In this document: piece after piece, positions 61,296 through 64,000 of the stretch
Numbering within the stretch: the first letter of the stretch is position 1
How the letters are laid out: every line of letters begins with the position of its first letter
Assembly (NCBI GenBank): GCA_963704165.1
Contig: CAVPHD010000004.1
Span: forward strand, 416,001 to 480,000
Source of the DNA: an uncultured delta proteobacterium
GTDB taxonomy: Bacteria; Myxococcota_A; UBA9160; SZUA-336
Direction of reading: 5' to 3'
DNA: 64,000 nt
Notes under the pieces: model-generated
Database searches by the model: none
What the model was told of the DNA's origin: nothing
What the model saw: only the letters and a program-made list of their open reading frames with translations
Program-made: the position numbers and the translations under genes

Positions 61296-63202
61296 GCGCA
61301 GCCGTCGAGTCGTCCGCCGCGCCGGTGCGCGTGGCGCTGGTCGGTGGGCCGAACGCGGGCAAGACCACGCTCTTCAACGCGCTCACCGGCTCGAGCGCGA
61401 AGGTCGGCAACTACCCGGGCGTGACCGTCGAGCGGCGCGAGGGTGTGCTGCGGGGCGCGTCGTCCGAGGTCCACGTGCTCGATCTGCCCGGCACCTACAG
61501 CCTGATCGGCGAGACACCGGACGAGCAGATCGTCGAGAAGGTGCTCGCCGGTCGGCTCGCGGGTGAGCCCGAACTCGACGGGATCGTCTGCGTCGTCGAT
61601 GCGACCACGCTCCGCCGCGGGCTGGGTGTGCTGCGCGAGGTTCTGAAACGTGGCCTTCCGACGCTGCTCGTCCTGACGATGATCGACGAGGTACGCGCGC
61701 GCGGCGGCAAGCTCGAGCCAAGCCGCCTGTCTCGGATTCTCGGCATTCCGGTGCTCGGGGTCGTCGGTCACCGCGGCGTCGGCATGGACCCGCTGCACCG
61801 ACTCCTTCCCGCCCCGTCTCTCTGGTCGCGCGCCGTGGCGCTGCCACCCGTCGAAACGGCGGTGCAGCGCTTCGCGTGGGTGGACGAGGTCTGTCGCGCA
61901 GTGGGAGCGAACGACCTCGAGCCCGACACGCGAACGGATCGGATCGACCGGGTGCTGCTTCACCCGGTGGTTGGCCTGGTGGTCTTCGCGGCCGTCATGG
62001 TCCTGCTCTTCCAGGGCATCTTCGCCTGGGCGGTGCCCGCGATGGATGCGATCGATGCGGCTTTCGGCGCGCTCGCACGCGCTTCGCGCGAAGCGCTGCC
62101 GGCCGGCTGGCTGACGGATCTCTGGGCCGACGGCGTGCTCGCAGGCGTGGGCTCGGTGCTGGTCTTCCTGCCGCAGATCGTGATCCTGTTCACGTTCATC
62201 CATCTGCTGCAGGACGTCGGCTACATGGCTCGCGCGGCCTTCGTCGTCGATCGCGTGATGGGCTGGGTCGGCCTGCAGGGGCGAAGCTTCGTTCCGCTTC
62301 TCTCGTGCTACGCCTGCGCCGTGCCGGGGATCATGGCCGCGCGCACGATCGCGTCGCCGCGCGAACGGCTCGCGACGATCCTGGTCGCGCCGTTCATGAC
62401 CTGCTCGGCGCGGTTGCCGGTGTACACGCTGCTGATCGCTGCCTTCGTGCCGAGCTCGACGCTGTTCGGGGTACTCGGGATCCAGGGGCTGGTGATGTTC
62501 GGCCTCTACCTGCTCGGCGTCGTGACCGCGCTCGCCTCCGCGGCACTCTTGAACTCGACGTTGCTGAAGGGCACGCCGTCCGTCTTCTACATGGAGCTTC
62601 CACCGTACCGCTGGCCCACCCCCGGCCTGCTCGCGAGGCAGGTCGAACGCAGCGCGCGCGCGTTCCTGCGCCGCGCCGGCACGATCATCCTCGCCGCGTC
62701 GATCGTGCTCTGGGGGCTGCTCTCGTTTCCCCACGCCGATCCCGACCCGCAGCGCACGCCCGCCGAAGACGCGCGCGCCGGTCTCGAAGCGAGCGCCGCG
62801 GCGCGCATCGGCCACGCGATCGAGCCTCTGATCGAACCGCTCGGCTTCGACTGGAAGATCGGCGTCGGCCTCGTGGCGAGCCTCGCCGCGCGCGAGGTGA
62901 TCGTCTCGACGCTGGCGCAGATCCACGCCGTGGCGGACACGGAGGACTCCTCGAGCCTGCGCGACGCGCTTCGCGCCGACCGCGACCCCGAGACCGGTGA
63001 GCCCGTCTTCGATCTGCCCGTCGCGCTCGCGCTGCTGGTCTTCTTCGTCTTCGCGCTGCAATGCACCTCGACGATCGTGGTCATGGCGCGCGAGACCGGG
63101 GGCTTTCGCTGGCCGGCGCTCGCGTTCGGCTACATGCTGGGTCTGGCCTGGCTCGGAGCGTTCGTGACGTACCGTGTTTCGTCGGCCATCCTCGGCGCGT
63201 GA
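61292..63202 (+). CDS. feoB: Ferrous iron transport protein B
   Basis: GGPNAGKT, NYPGVT, DLPG, GYMARAAF, CSARLP. Confidence 0.95.
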   Translation: MSAAVESSAAPVRVALVGGPNAGKTTLFNALTGSSAKVGNYPGVTVERREGVLRGASSEVHVLDLPGTYSLIGETPDEQIVEKVLAGRLAGEPELDGIVCVVDATTLRRGLGVLREVLKRGLPTLLVLTMIDEVRARGGKLEPSRLSRILGIPVLGVVGHRGVGMDPLHRLLPAPSLWSRAVALPPVETAVQRFAWVDEVCRAVGANDLEPDTRTDRIDRVLLHPVVGLVVFAAVMVLLFQGIFAWAVPAMDAIDAAFGALARASREALPAGWLTDLWADGVLAGVGSVLVFLPQIVILFTFIHLLQDVGYMARAAFVVDRVMGWVGLQGRSFVPLLSCYACAVPGIMAARTIASPRERLATILVAPFMTCSARLPVYTLLIAAFVPSSTLFGVLGIQGLVMFGLYLLGVVTALASAALLNSTLLKGTPSVFYMELPPYRWPTPGLLARQVERSARAFLRRAGTIILAASIVLWGLLSFPHADPDPQRTPAEDARAGLEASAAARIGHAIEPLIEPLGFDWKIGVGLVASLAAREVIVSTLAQIHAVADTEDSSSLRDALRADRDPETGEPVFDLPVALALLVFFVFALQCTSTIVVMARETGGFRWPALAFGYMLGLAWLGAFVTYRVSSAILGA

Positions 63203-64000
63203 GCGGCTTTGCGATTCGCGGCGTGGTCGAGGGCTTCTACGGCAAGCCTTGGGCGCACGAGGATCGGCTCTGGCTGCTCGAGCACATGGGGCGCTGGCGC
63301 ATGAACACGTACGTGTACGCGCCGAAGGACGATCCGTTCCACCTCGCGCGCTGGCGCGAGCCGTATCCGGACGAGCGAATGGCGGAGTTCCGCGCGCTGG
63401 TGCTTGCCGGAGAGCGCGTCGGCGTGCGTGTCGGATTCGCGGTCTCGCCCGGCCGCTCGATCGTGTACTCCGATCGCGACGACCGCGCGGCGCTGGTCGC
63501 GAAGCTCGGCGCTTTGCACGCGCTCGGCGCCCGCGTGCTCTCGCTCGCGGTGGACGACGTCCCGACCTCGCTCGTGCACGACGCTGACCGGCGCACGTTC
63601 CGATCGCTCGCCGACGCCCAGCTCGCGCTGATGCGAGAGTTGCAGGATGCGTTCGGTCGCGATTCGCTGCTCTGGCTCGGACCTACCGACTATCTGGGCG
63701 TCGAAGCCACCGACTATCTCGCCGAGATCGGCGAGCGGCTCGATCCGGCCGTCGAGGTTTCCTGGACCGGGCGCACCGTCGTCTCGCCCGAGATCCGAGT
63801 GGACGAGGCCGCTTCGCGCTCGGCAACGCTGCGCCGGCGCGTCCTGATCTGGGACAACACGCCGGTCTCCGACGGGCCGATGCGCTGCATGCTCCATCTG
63901 AATCCCTACACGGGGCGCGAGCGCGGGCTCGAGGCGCACGTCTCGGGAGTCCTCCTGAATCCGATGGAGCACCTGCGCGCATCGGCCGTCACGCTTGGAT
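63199..64000 (+). CDS. GH84 beta-N-acetylglucosaminidase (O-GlcNAcase-like), 3' end runs off the window
   Basis: Manual translation from GTG 63199: RGVVEGFYGKPW, YVYAPKDDP, AVSPG, AVDDV, WTG, IWDN. Confidence 0.9.
   Translation, partial: MSGFAIRGVVEGFYGKPWAHEDRLWLLEHMGRWRMNTYVYAPKDDPFHLARWREPYPDERMAEFRALVLAGERVGVRVGFAVSPGRSIVYSDRDDRAALVAKLGALHALGARVLSLAVDDVPTSLVHDADRRTFRSLADAQLALMRELQDAFGRDSLLWLGPTDYLGVEATDYLAEIGERLDPAVEVSWTGRTVVSPEIRVDEAASRSATLRRRVLIWDNTPVSDGPMRCMLHLNPYTGRERGLEAHVSGVLLNPMEHLRASAVTLG

Overview
High-GC Gram-negative bacterial chromosome segment. A tgl-type pilus locus next to recO, a PEP-CTERM protein and a TSP3/dockerin-like secreted protein suggest a Myxococcota-related lineage (inference). 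Positions 1-11.4 kb, downstream of tRNA-Thr(CGT), form an accessory-like zone. It holds a large Cys-rich secreted protein, decayed gene relics (EAL, SDR, cyclooxygenase-type heme peroxidase, amidase), a coupled zinc-metallopeptidase/Ddl-like ATP-grasp pair, and an HxlR/CMD pair with twin palindromic operators. The rest is mostly core genome: trpS, a BMP-type ABC transporter, GH20, an Hsp20 pair, hldD, tesB, rnpB, YCF48+RND, thrH-icd-mdh-sucCD, tgl-recO-ppdK, an ECF sigma factor, frdABCD, a YdeP-like oxidoreductase and Fur-boxed feoAB-GH84. Top leads are a biliverdin reductase A-like gene resembling the animal enzyme along its whole length, the peptidase/ATP-grasp module, and an ICMT-family methyltransferase coupled to a kinase/pseudo-hydrolase fusion. 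About 22 frameshifts, nearly all +1 and concentrated at 37.4-46.1 kb, look like sequencing errors rather than pseudogenes. All family calls come from motifs recognised by eye; no database search was run.
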